Assembly (NCBI GenBank): GCA_900547165.1
Contig: URFZ01000001.1
Coordinates: forward strand, 11,631-75,630
Direction: 5' to 3'
From: an uncultured Eubacteriales bacterium
GTDB lineage: Bacteria > Bacillota > Clostridia > Oscillospirales > UBA644
Length of the DNA: 64,000 nucleotides
Under the pieces are notes generated by a model. That model was not told where the DNA came from. It worked only from the letters and a program-made list of their open reading frames with translations, and made no database searches. Below are positions 8,715 through 17,800 of the stretch, piece by piece. The first letter of the stretch is position 1; each line of letters opens with the position of its first letter. Made by a program: the position numbers and the translations under genes.

Positions 8715-10571
8715 TTAGTCGGTGACGATATCGCCGTAAGGTTCGCCCCAACCGAAGCCGGGAATATAGGTGTAAACGGGCAGAACCAGACGGTCGGAAT
8801 GGAGCTCGTAAACAACATCCTGTACAACGGGGCACTGCACCACATGCTCAAGGTAGATCTCCTCAAGCTTCTGAGTTTCCTGCAGCAGGGTCTCGTAATC
8901 GCCGTTCTGGATTTCGCGGCAATATGCGAACTGGGCGTCAAACTCGTCGTTGAAGTAGTTGTTGGGCGCTCCGGAATAGCCGCTGGTGAAGTAGTAGAAG
9001 CCTTCGTAAGGATAGGTACGCGCAACGGCACGGGCCCAATCGTTGGGGGAAAGATCCCAACCGTCGTCGCCCTGCTTCTTGTACTCGGTGGTGGAGATGC
9101 CGCTGTAGTTCTTTATTTCCACGGTCACGCGGTTGTTAAAGACCTTGGGGAACTCCTCCTGGAGGAACTGAGCGGTCTTGTTCCAGTGTACCTCGCTGGG
9201 ATCGTAAGCAATGATGATGTTGATAACGGTGCCAGCGGGAACGCCGCACTCTTCATAGGCCTTGTTCAGGTAATCAAGCGCAAGTTCGGGGTTGTAGCCG
9301 GTGGTGTGGCCTTCTGCGCTCCAGGAGGCAACCATTTCTTCCACGGCCTTGCCGTACTTGGATTCGCGGTAGACGCGGGCACCCTCGCTGAGTATACCGG
9401 CCTGGGCACTTACGTACCAACCGGCGGGTTCCATATGACCAAACAGGTTCTTGGCTATGGTCTCGCGGTCGATGGCGTGATAGATAGCCTTGCGGTAGTT
9501 GTCGCTGCCGCTGATGGGGTTATTGGGGTTCTTGCAGTTGATGTCCAGATGGAACACAGAGTTGGAGCCGTATTCCACAAGGCGCGGATCATCGATGTAG
9601 GTTTCGAGGGTATCAGAGTTGGGCGCGAATATATCCAGCTGCCCCTGCTCCCAAAGCTCAACGCGGGCATTCTGCTCGGGAACTACGCGATACTGTACCT
9701 CGTCATAATTGAAGTAATCAGCCAGCCAATGGTCGGGGTTCTTAACATATGTCTGCACGGAGTCATAGGTCCAATCAGAGAAGATGTAAGGACCGCAGCC
9801 CATGAAGTGGTCAAGGTCGGAACCGTAGGAAGTGGTCAGGCCGTCGGCGCTGAGGCATTCGTTCCACAGGGGTTCGTAGCAGGGTACGTTGTTCCTGTTG
9901 AAGAAGTGGTTCATAACCTGAGTAGCGGTGTTTACGTCAACGGTGGTTATCTGAATGGTGTAATCATCGATCTTCTTTATACCGACGTCTTCCCAATCGG
10001 TGGGTATGCCGCCTTCGGAATTCTGCATGGAATACTGCTCGGCATTCACGATGGTGATGGCATTGCTGGCCAGGAAGGTGCTCATACGGGGCATCATCAC
10101 GGGGTCAAGCTGCTGCTTAAAGGTGAACATAAAGGTGTCCGCATTGATGGGATCGCCATTGTTCCACTTTGCATCCTCGCGGATCTTTATCTGCCAGTTG
10201 TAATCGTCGATCTGAATGGGCTCTTCAGCGGCGATGTCGCAGATCCAGATGTATCCGTTGCCTTCTTCGTTGGGATACTGACGATACAGATAGCTCATGC
10301 AATAGGTGGCAACGTTGCCAACGGGGCTATCAACATTGTCAAGGAAGTTGAGGCTCGAATGGTCGGAACTGAGCACGGAATAATAGACCTTCTTACCCTC
10401 TGCCGTGGGCTCTGTTACAGGAGCGTCGGTCGGGGTCGTGGTCTCCGCAGGTGTGCCGGCGTTGGGGTCGTCGGTCTGCACAGGATCCTGCGTGGTGTTG
10501 GAGGGAGTGCATGCAGCCAGCAGGCCAATTACGAATATCATGGCCAGAAGCAGTGCAATGGTTTTCTTCAT
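8715..10571 (-). CDS. ABC transporter substrate-binding lipoprotein (family 5, peptide/oligosaccharide type)
   Basis: Lipoprotein signal MKKTIALLLAMIFVIGLLAAC, then a Thr/Pro/Asp-rich linker and a 618-aa family-5 SBP body. It is the first gene of the five-gene importer operon. Confidence 0.9.
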   Translation of the reverse strand: MKKTIALLLAMIFVIGLLAACTPSNTTQDPVQTDDPNAGTPAETTTPTDAPVTEPTAEGKKVYYSVLSSDHSSLNFLDNVDSPVGNVATYCMSYLYRQYPNEEGNGYIWICDIAAEEPIQIDDYNWQIKIREDAKWNNGDPINADTFMFTFKQQLDPVMMPRMSTFLASNAITIVNAEQYSMQNSEGGIPTDWEDVGIKKIDDYTIQITTVDVNTATQVMNHFFNRNNVPCYEPLWNECLSADGLTTSYGSDLDHFMGCGPYIFSDWTYDSVQTYVKNPDHWLADYFNYDEVQYRVVPEQNARVELWEQGQLDIFAPNSDTLETYIDDPRLVEYGSNSVFHLDINCKNPNNPISGSDNYRKAIYHAIDRETIAKNLFGHMEPAGWYVSAQAGILSEGARVYRESKYGKAVEEMVASWSAEGHTTGYNPELALDYLNKAYEECGVPAGTVINIIIAYDPSEVHWNKTAQFLQEEFPKVFNNRVTVEIKNYSGISTTEYKKQGDDGWDLSPNDWARAVARTYPYEGFYYFTSGYSGAPNNYFNDEFDAQFAYCREIQNGDYETLLQETQKLEEIYLEHVVQCPVVQDVVYELHSDRLVLPVYTYIPGFGWGEPYGDIVTD

Positions 10572-10667
10572 GTCGTTTTTCTCTCCTTTTGTTCTTTTTT
10601 ATTTTTTGCAGAAGCCCTTAGCGGCTTCAAATTTAAAGTCAAGTTTATTGGATTTTGCCTGCCTTAA

Positions 10668-11075
10668 TTAAAGCATATATAGTAACGAAAGCAGCGCCGA
10701 TATCACAATGAGTATTGCCGCGCATACCATATATAAGGATACATCATTATGATGCTTGCGGCTGTCGCGATATTCAATATAGTCATCTTTCAAGTCGTCT
10801 GCCGTTTTATGTTCGTTGCGGAAAATCATTTTAAGAAGCTTTACGCCGTAAGAAAGGCTTGTAAACATGTGCATATTTGTCAGCTGATGCGCTATGCCGA
10901 CGAGCAAAAGCGCCATTCCGGCCGAAAATATCGCATTTATTATCCATACGAAAGCCGTTTGTTCCCTTCCCCTGCCGATAACGTAAGAAACCACGATCCC
11001 CAGCACGCAAACGAATGCCATTTTAGGCCATGACTGTTTAAATTTGTTCAACATAGTCTGTTGAGGATAACTCAC
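10668..11075 (-). CDS. Small membrane protein, DUF3899-like
   Basis: Two N-terminal TM helices are followed by MFTSLSYGVKLLKMIFRNEHKTADDLKDDYIEYRDSRK and a C-terminal TM. This layout recalls DUF3899 proteins. The start is uncertain: GTG 11075 or TTG 11078 after GGAGG, or ATG 11054. Confidence 0.5.
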   Translation of the reverse strand: MSYPQQTMLNKFKQSWPKMAFVCVLGIVVSYVIGRGREQTAFVWIINAIFSAGMALLLVGIAHQLTNMHMFTSLSYGVKLLKMIFRNEHKTADDLKDDYIEYRDSRKHHNDVSLYMVCAAILIVISALLSLLYML

Positions 11076-11345
11076 CAATGTTTCCTCCACCCGGTTTCGT
11101 GTATAAGGTTTGGATCCGTCCCTTGGACCCGTTCGGTAATATATTATGTACATTCATACATATATATCAGATAATAAGCATAAGAACACTTTAATTATAT
11201 GATATTTAAGCACATAAACACCGTCTTGTCAATACATTGTTTCTATGTATACAATTCCGTCTTAATTCGTCGATAGGGGCTTGCTATACCACTAATATGG
11301 TAATAGAATATATAATATGAAGATTTGCAGCAAAGGAGCTTCCCC

Positions 11346-12110
11346 ATGCGTTTAGCAATGAAAGGCACCACAGCAAAAAATACCCGTTATGCCGATAAGC
11401 CAAACGAGGATCTTTTCTTCTTTGACGAGGCAACAGGTTTTGCCATGATACTTGACGGTGTAAGCCGCGACAGAGAAAACGGCATATACCCCAACCCCAG
11501 CCCCGCCTGCCGCGCCGACAACGCCTTTGCCGATGCCGCGCAGGCCGTACTTTTGAAAAAAAACGGTGCCGCACCGGCGGACCGCCTTAAAGCGGCAGTA
11601 TACGCCGGGAACATGGCCGTTGCCGCCGCCAACGAAGGCTTCCCCTCCCCATTCCTCCCGGGCACGGTCGGCGTGCTTGCGCTTTTTGCCGAACACAAGC
11701 TGCATTATGCATATATAGGAGATTCTAACGGCATATTGATTTCAAACGGAACGCTATCGTATTTTACAACACCTCAAACCGCAGAGGTGCATCGCCGCCG
11801 CAAGGAGTTTACGTCCGACGAGATACGCGCCGTTATATGCAACAATCCTTCCCACCCCTGCGGCTACGGCGTATGGAACGGCATGCCGTCCGCCGCAGAG
11901 TTTCTGCGCGTGGGCGAACTGCCTTTATCCGCAGGCGACAGGGTCCTTTTATGTACTGACGGAATCGACCCGTTCCTTGTGTCGTTGCCGGATAAAGCCA
12001 TAGCCGCTATGGATGCCGATACTTTAATTTCTCAGGCCATGGCCTACATGATGCCCGAAGGATACATGGATGACCGCACAGCCATTGTTATAAACATATT
12101 GGATGTATGA
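11346..12110 (+). CDS. PP2C-family protein serine/threonine phosphatase
   Basis: The start is ATG 11346 after AAAGGAG. Motifs seen: NEDLFFFDE, ILDGVS, LLCTDGI (metal-binding Asp motifs of the PP2C/SpoIIE fold). Confidence 0.75.
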   Translation: MRLAMKGTTAKNTRYADKPNEDLFFFDEATGFAMILDGVSRDRENGIYPNPSPACRADNAFADAAQAVLLKKNGAAPADRLKAAVYAGNMAVAAANEGFPSPFLPGTVGVLALFAEHKLHYAYIGDSNGILISNGTLSYFTTPQTAEVHRRRKEFTSDEIRAVICNNPSHPCGYGVWNGMPSAAEFLRVGELPLSAGDRVLLCTDGIDPFLVSLPDKAIAAMDADTLISQAMAYMMPEGYMDDRTAIVINILDV

Positions 12111-12176
12111 ACGAGGTTGGAACCCCGTGTCATCATAATCCATGATTGCAGAATATACCCTTGTATGCAGAAAAGC

Positions 12177-12206
12177 GGCGTGACCGTGAAGGTCGCACCG
12201 TTTTTT
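12177..12206 (+). terminator. Intrinsic terminator after the PP2C gene
   Basis: GGCGTGACC-GTGAA-GGTCGCACC is followed by GTTTTTTCTTT. Confidence 0.6.
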
Positions 12207-12259
12207 CTTTGCCCAACCTTAATACTTATGACTGGTAAGCATTAGGCCGGCGTGATTTC

Positions 12260-12348
12260 TGGCGGAGCGGGTGGGATTCGAACCCACGGAACCTTGCGGT
12301 TCAACTGATTTCGAGTCAGTCCCGTTATGACCACTTCGATACCGCTCC
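12260..12348 (-). tRNA. tRNA-Ser (anticodon CGA), CCA encoded
   Basis: Hand fold of the minus strand: acceptor GGAGCGG/CCGCTCC, anticodon arm ACTGA-CTCGAAA-TCAGT (C-U-CGA-A-A), long variable arm GAACC-GCAA-GGTTC, T arm GTGGG-TTCGAAT-CCCAC, then G-CCA. Length 89 nt. Confidence 0.9.
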
Positions 12349-12449
12349 GTATTTATCTCAACATCAGCACCTCGGAAAACGGGGAGAACTGATGGGGAGA
12401 ACAAAGAAAAATATTAAGTTAAGGATACCCGAAAAACCCCGTAAAATCA

Positions 12450-12528
12450 AGGGATTCCGGTTAGGGAGCTACCGAGTAGCGACCACGATTTCGAGTCATG
12501 TCCGTTATGACCACTTCGATACGTCTCC
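12450..12528 (-). pseudogene. tRNA-Ser(CGA)-like element lacking a T arm and acceptor 3' strand
   Basis: GGAGACGTATCGAAGTGGTCATAACGGACATGACTCGAAATCGTG is near-identical to the 5' part of the adjacent tRNA-Ser. It has compensatory changes in the anticodon stem (CATGA/TCGTG) and a good variable hairpin (GCTAC-TCG-GTAGC). The following CCTAACCGGAATCCCTT cannot form a T stem. No CGTCTCC acceptor complement follows. Confidence 0.5.
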
Positions 12529-12540
12529 GTGTATAAAAAT

Positions 12541-12569
12541 ATTGTACTAAAAAAACGGCGGTTTGTCAA
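12541..12569 (-). promoter_or_regulatory. Sigma-A type promoter driving the tRNA-like element and tRNA-Ser
   Basis: The minus strand reads TTGACA-17 nt-TACAAT. The -10 ends 12 nt before the GGAGACG 5' end of the tRNA-like element. Confidence 0.6.
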
Positions 12570-12705
12570 TAGGTATGCACAAAAAAATTGTGTGTTTTTA
12601 CGGAAATCTGCGACAGGAGAACAAGAACTCCGCATTTTTATTATTTCAAAACAAGGATTCAACAAATCTTAATCTGTTCAACATAAAACTTAATTACGCT
12701 GAATC

Positions 12706-12734
12706 TTGTAACCGCGCAATTGTTATGATATACT
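12706..12734 (+). promoter_or_regulatory. Sigma-A type promoter
   Basis: TTGTAA-17 nt-TATACT lies about 40 nt upstream of ATG 12774. Confidence 0.5.
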
Positions 12735-12773
12735 CTTTCTGTAAGAAGATTCGGAAAGGGGCTTGCGTTCATA

Positions 12774-13313
12774 ATGAAATGCGATTTACGAAAAATCATA
12801 CTGAACCCTCTGACGATGCTTGTTTGCGGGCTTTTGCTCGGAACAGCGGCGCGGCTGTTTGACATATACACACAAAACCTCGGAGACATTTTTTCGCAAA
12901 TGGCGGTTTGGGTTCTGCTCGGAACACTGATAGCGATTTACAGTCCGACAAGAGTGCGCGCAATGATAAACATACTCCCCTTTTGTCTCGGCATGCTCGC
13001 CACATATTATATAACTGCAACGCTCACAAAAAATCTGACGATTTGGTATATAAATTGGAACGTCATAAAATACTGGACCGTGTTCGCATTTTTATCTCCG
13101 TTCGCGGCATTGATCGTGTGGCAAACAAAGGAAAAGGGCATATCGGGAAAAATAATCGGAGTGGGAGTCGTCTTGTTCTCTGTATTAACAAGCGTTATCA
13201 TGTTCGGCGGTCCGCGATTTTATGATTTTATAATTGACGGGTTGTTGATATACTTTTTGTTTTTCAAAAAAATCGAGAGACCGAAACCCAATGACAGAAA
13301 AGAAATTGCTTGA
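12774..13313 (+). CDS. Polytopic membrane protein, function unknown
   Basis: 179 aa with about 5 hydrophobic helices (LVCGLLLGTAARLF, MAVWVLLGTLIAIY, ILPFCLGMLATYYI, WTVFAFLSPFAALIV, IIGVGVVLFSVLTSVIMF). I recognise no catalytic motif. Confidence 0.6.
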   Translation: MKCDLRKIILNPLTMLVCGLLLGTAARLFDIYTQNLGDIFSQMAVWVLLGTLIAIYSPTRVRAMINILPFCLGMLATYYITATLTKNLTIWYINWNVIKYWTVFAFLSPFAALIVWQTKEKGISGKIIGVGVVLFSVLTSVIMFGGPRFYDFIIDGLLIYFLFFKKIERPKPNDRKEIA

Positions 13314-13338
13314 CACCGATTACTCATTATGCTATACT
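13310..13338 (+). promoter_or_regulatory. Sigma-A type promoter (overlaps the preceding stop codon)
   Basis: TTGACA-17 nt-TATACT. GGAGG lies 6 nt before the TTG start at 13380. Confidence 0.6.
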
Positions 13339-13379
13339 TATTCTGAAAATTCGGCAAAACCCTGCTTCGGAGGATAATT

Positions 13380-13913
13380 TTGAACTGCAAGGATACAAAT
13401 TATGAGTTGATCGAAAAGTTCGGTTCACTCGAAAAGATATGCAATCAAATTTACGGCGAAAAACACGGCGTGACGGCATACATCGACGACATGGCGAAAA
13501 ATAACGATTTTGGGGAAGTATATGTCCGCGCTTGGTCGGACTTTTTACAAGGGCTTAAAGAAGTCAGGCACAAAAGGAATCAACTCTCACACGGCGATGT
13601 GCCTTTTTCTTCGGATTATGCGCAAAAAGATGATTTGAAGTTCATAGATGATTTTCACGAACTGATTTTGACGCAAAATGACCCGCTGACAATATTGAGA
13701 AAAGAGCATGAACGGCATCTAAAAGAAGCCGAGAAAAAGATTAAAGAGCAGAAAGCAAACAAAGAAAAGCAAAAAGCAACAGAGCGGCAACATTCAAAAA
13801 AAGCAAATCAAACAAAAGAAAAACCGATAATGTCGAAAAAGATTTCCGCCGCAATATGGATAATAATAGCGGCGGCATTCATCGCACTTATCTGTTTTCT
13901 CGGGTTCAGATAA
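13380..13913 (+). CDS. Tail-anchored protein with an N-terminal helical domain carrying an RNxxxH (HEPN-like) motif
   Basis: TTG start with a good SD. The motif context is WSDFLQGLKEVRHKRNQLSHGD (Rx4H, with Asn after Arg). A Lys/Glu-rich linker (KEAEKKIKEQKANKEKQKATERQHSKKANQTKEK) and a C-terminal TM (ISAAIWIIIAAAFIALICFLGF) follow. The functional call is inference only. Confidence 0.5.
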   Translation: MNCKDTNYELIEKFGSLEKICNQIYGEKHGVTAYIDDMAKNNDFGEVYVRAWSDFLQGLKEVRHKRNQLSHGDVPFSSDYAQKDDLKFIDDFHELILTQNDPLTILRKEHERHLKEAEKKIKEQKANKEKQKATERQHSKKANQTKEKPIMSKKISAAIWIIIAAAFIALICFLGFR

Positions 13914-13944
13914 ATGCAAGAAAATAAAATCTTGACAAAGTATA

Positions 13945-13979
13945 CCCCGTAAGCGAAAATCTCGCCTACGGGGTTTATT
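13945..13979. terminator. Bidirectional intrinsic terminator
   Basis: CCCCGTAAGCGA-AAATC-TCGCCTACGGGG (one mismatch) is followed by TTTATTATT. It lies between the convergent stops at 13913 and 14000. Confidence 0.7.
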
Positions 13980-13999
13980 ATTGTGAATTTAATTATTTA

Positions 14000-14755
14000 T
14001 TACTTTACAAGCGTATGCAAATATTCTGCGGAAACATGAACATCATCAATGCTCTTATGACCCGCTGTCGGGGCGTCCTGCTCGACTATGAGCCACTCTG
14101 CACAGAGTTTTTCCGCTGTTTTAACCACGGCGGGAATATCTACCTTTCCCCTGCCGAGAGGACGGAAATCGGGTCTTTCTGCGCCGTCAGAAGAAACATA
14201 ATCTTTCAGGTGAACCACTCTTATGCGGTTCGCATACCGTTCAAGATATGAGACGGGGTCTTCTCCCGCAAAATGAAGCCAGCAAACATCGAATTCAGGC
14301 AATAAAATATCAGGTACAGCGGGATATAGTTCATCGAGAAAATTATTTCCGTTCAATTTAGAAAGTTCGTGCGCATGGTTGTGATAAAGCATTTTCAAGC
14401 CCGCGGCTTTTGCCTTTTCGGAAAGAACGCGAACCTTTTCTATGGTGTTTAGACGGTCGTTCTCCGTTGACATTTCTTCGGGCGCAATATACGGTATGGC
14501 GATATATTCGCAGCCCATCTCTTTATAATCGGAAAAGACATTTTCATTTTCAAGCATTTCGCCTATGCCGACATGGGCGGAAATGGGAACAAGTCCGTAT
14601 TTTTCGCAAAGTTTCCGAACATCTTCGGGTGTTTTGCCGTAAAGCCCGGCAAACTCAACTCCGTCATATCCGAACTCGGAAACGGCTTTGAGTGTTCCCT
14701 CAAAATCTTTTTCAACTTCATCTCTTACTGAATATAACTGCAATGCTGTCTTCAT
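14000..14755 (-). CDS. Sugar phosphate isomerase/epimerase (xylose-isomerase-like TIM barrel)
   Basis: MKTALQLYSVRDEVEKDFEGTLKAVSEFGYDGVEFAGLYG...LYHNHAHEL...VVHLKD is typical of the AP-endonuclease-2/xylose isomerase-like family. Confidence 0.85.
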   Translation of the reverse strand: MKTALQLYSVRDEVEKDFEGTLKAVSEFGYDGVEFAGLYGKTPEDVRKLCEKYGLVPISAHVGIGEMLENENVFSDYKEMGCEYIAIPYIAPEEMSTENDRLNTIEKVRVLSEKAKAAGLKMLYHNHAHELSKLNGNNFLDELYPAVPDILLPEFDVCWLHFAGEDPVSYLERYANRIRVVHLKDYVSSDGAERPDFRPLGRGKVDIPAVVKTAEKLCAEWLIVEQDAPTAGHKSIDDVHVSAEYLHTLVK

Positions 14756-14831
14756 AAAATCACCTCGTGTTTAGATTGAATCTACTCAATTTATTTTAAC
14801 AGAATCCGTCTGATATTGCAATAGGCAAAAT

Positions 14832-14875
14832 AAAAAAATCGACCTCACGAAGTAAATTCGAAAGGTCGATTTTTA
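14832..14875. terminator. Bidirectional intrinsic terminator
   Basis: AAAAAAATCGACCT-N17-AGGTCGATTTTT lies directly after the GH2 stop (14893). Confidence 0.7.
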
Positions 14876-14892
14876 ATTATTGTTACTTTTTG

Positions 14893-17800
14893 TTACTTTT
14901 GTTCTTCTATGCCGTCAACGTACCACTCGGAACCTATCTGTACGGAAACTTTGCGGTCATTGTCGGATGCAAGATTCCACTTCTGATTTACTTTGCCGCT
15001 CCACTTTGCAAGAGTAAGAACGTAAGTGTTCTTAAATGCTTTTTCGGGATCGGAGATGAAATCTCTGTCCATTTCTGCCTGAGTGAGTTTTACTCTCTTC
15101 AATGTTGTTTGAAGCGCAAGGTCGGTATCAACATTGATTATGCTGTAAACACCGCCCCTGTTTCTGATTCTCCAAACAAGAGAAGCGGGTTCCTCATCCG
15201 CATTTGTCGCGTCGTAAAGGACCAGGGACGAAACACCGTCAACGGTTCTTACGCCGAGATACATACCGTTTGAGGTGTTGTATATGCGGTAATCGGATTC
15301 ACCCTCTGCCACAAACACCCAAGTCTGGGAATCTGCGGGAAGCAGTTCGCATTGAGTAATTCTGCCCGTCGTCTTTGCAAAGTTGGAAGAACTTGCGGCA
15401 AGATCTTCCGCTGTCTGATAAACGCTCCAATCAATATCGGGCGCATATCCCATCGTGCGTCTGTCCAATGCGGCAAGAGACGATGAAGAATATGTCACTC
15501 TGTCAACATAAGTCAGATACAGACCGGAGTTGTTGTTTCTTATGGTTGCAAACTCGGAATTGCCGATCTCATAGTTGATAGTCCAATATGCGGAATCATT
15601 GCCCTGAATATTCGACATTGCCACTCTTGCGCCGGGGAATGTTGCCGTCTGCATGACCGAAAGAGAATACTCGGTCAGACGTTCGCAAGCAAGTTGGTTG
15701 GTGGAATAATACCACATCTGCCACGGTGTTTTTTCGGTATCAAGAGGTGCGAATCCAACCTCGATTGACGGGGCTTTTCTCGTTGAAACGCCGACAGCTG
15801 TCATATAAAGGTTGTTTGCCGTGCATTTGATGTAGATGCTGGAAGAATCGGTTCTTTCTATCTGGAATCTCTGATTTGCGCTTCCGAGACCTTCAAGAAC
15901 GGAAAGTTCGTTATCGGCAGCGGATATGTACTGACCGCTTGCAAGATCGCGAAGCGAATAGGACTGTCCGTCCGCCAGAGAGTTTCTCGATACGCTTGCT
16001 TTGCCCGCGGACGAAAGAGTCTTTGCACTTTCAGCCTTATATGCGGAAACATCGGTCGTGGAAACGGGAACTATTCTGTAAGAGAACGAGAGCACACTGC
16101 CCGGTTCTATCGAAGAGTCTGATACCAGATATGCTTGATCCGAAGTGCTCGGAACGGAGCATCCGCTCTGCGCACCGATTATGCTGAGGACAGTATAAGG
16201 ATTATTCATGGAATCCGAAGCATATGCAGCCAAAGAGTGCGGATACTGTTTCGAAAGATTGAATGCAAAATTGTTTGTGTCGGAAGTTACAAGAACACCT
16301 GTACCTGATTCATCGGTAAGCGCAAGCCATCTTGTCTGGCTTCTGTCTCCGCCGTTGGCGAAAAGATACGAGGGAACAAGATCGGAAACGGAAGAGGAGA
16401 AGACATCAACCGTTGAGTTGTAAAGTTTGTCGCCGTAAGTTTCGCCGGGGCCTCTGCCGTACCATGTTGCCTTTGTGAGATCGGAAGACATGGTAAGAAT
16501 GCTCGATATGGAAAGCGGAACGGCAGACTCGGCATTAAGCGAATAAGCCGAACTGATATTCATAACGCCGTTCGGATAGAAGTCGTAAACGACCGCGTAT
16601 TCCGTATTGCGGGAAGCAAGGTTCGAAACATTGCCGCCGTCGGAAACGGGAAGACTGTAACGAAGCGACATTCTGTAATGTCCGTCATCGGTCTTTCTGA
16701 CGCTGACAAGTCCGTTAAGAAATTTCTTCAAGTTGCCGAAATCAAAATTCGAAAGAGCCTTGGAATTATTTGCGGTACCCGAAACATAGTCTCCGCCTGT
16801 CGGATTTCTGTAAAGACTGCCAATCGTGCTTGCCTTAATGCCGTTTTCAGAATCGGCAGTTGCGAAAACATCTTTGCCGTCAACGGTGTACTTATTTATA
16901 AGTCCGCTGTCGGAATCTATTTCAATGGTAACTCTCGAATTGGAAAGGCGAATATACGGTGCGGGAGTCGGATTGACTTCATCGGGTGCGCTGTAATAAA
17001 CAGTCGAAGAGGTGTATTCCGTCAGACCGGGGTCACCGTTGACCCAAACTCTGTTTCCCTTTTCGTCTATCTGCTGTTCGCCTGTCGTCTCATCTATAAC
17101 AGGTTCCGGAGTTCTCGAAGAATCAACGGGGAACGGAATTTCTGAACCGAGAGTTCCCGAGTTGAAATTATAAAGAAGTTCATATCCTGCGGGAATATCT
17201 CCGAATGCCTTTTTCGTCGTAACAGAGATAACGACCTCATATGAACCGTTCTCTACCGCTTTGACTGAGAACGGAAGTTTTACGGTGCCGTCCTTCGTAT
17301 ACCCGGCAAGTCCTGTATTGACCTTTCCACTTGCATATACGACCGCTTTCGGGTCATTGCAGAAGTTGTTTGTCTCAACGACGATGTATTTTAAAGTGAA
17401 TATATCGTCAAACGCTTCGCTGCAATAGTTTGTTACATATATTGTACCGTTCGCAAGGTCTGTGTTTATTGTCGATATATCCGGAGCACGGAATATATCA
17501 AGAGTCAATGCACTGCCGGAAACATCGGTGGAACCGCCGTTTTTAACGGGGGCGCCGTTGCCTGTTACGTCATATTGAACAGAGAACAATGTTCCGTCAT
17601 AGCCGTCTCTCGCCCATGCGGGAACTTCATTGTACTTAACCGAAACGGTAACAAAAACATCCGCAGAAGAATCAACCGTTCCGTAGTCGAGCGTTATATC
17701 AAGCGTTTGACCCGCTTTGAGTGAAGATATGTCGATATTGCCGCTCACACCGTTTGAAACGGAATAAGAAACGGTAAATTTCGATCCGGCATCGGTAAAT

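Noticed and set aside
8799-10667. 622-aa plus-strand ORF.
   Set aside because: It is antisense to the substrate-binding lipoprotein gene. The translation is Gly/Val-rich with no start context. It is a shadow frame.
12392-12571. 59-aa basic plus-strand ORF (MGRTKKNIKLRIPEKPRKIKGFRLGSYRV...) with a GGAG upstream.
   Set aside because: It is antisense to the tRNA-like element and to the tRNA promoter. Its composition is dictated by the tRNA sequence, and there is no independent support.
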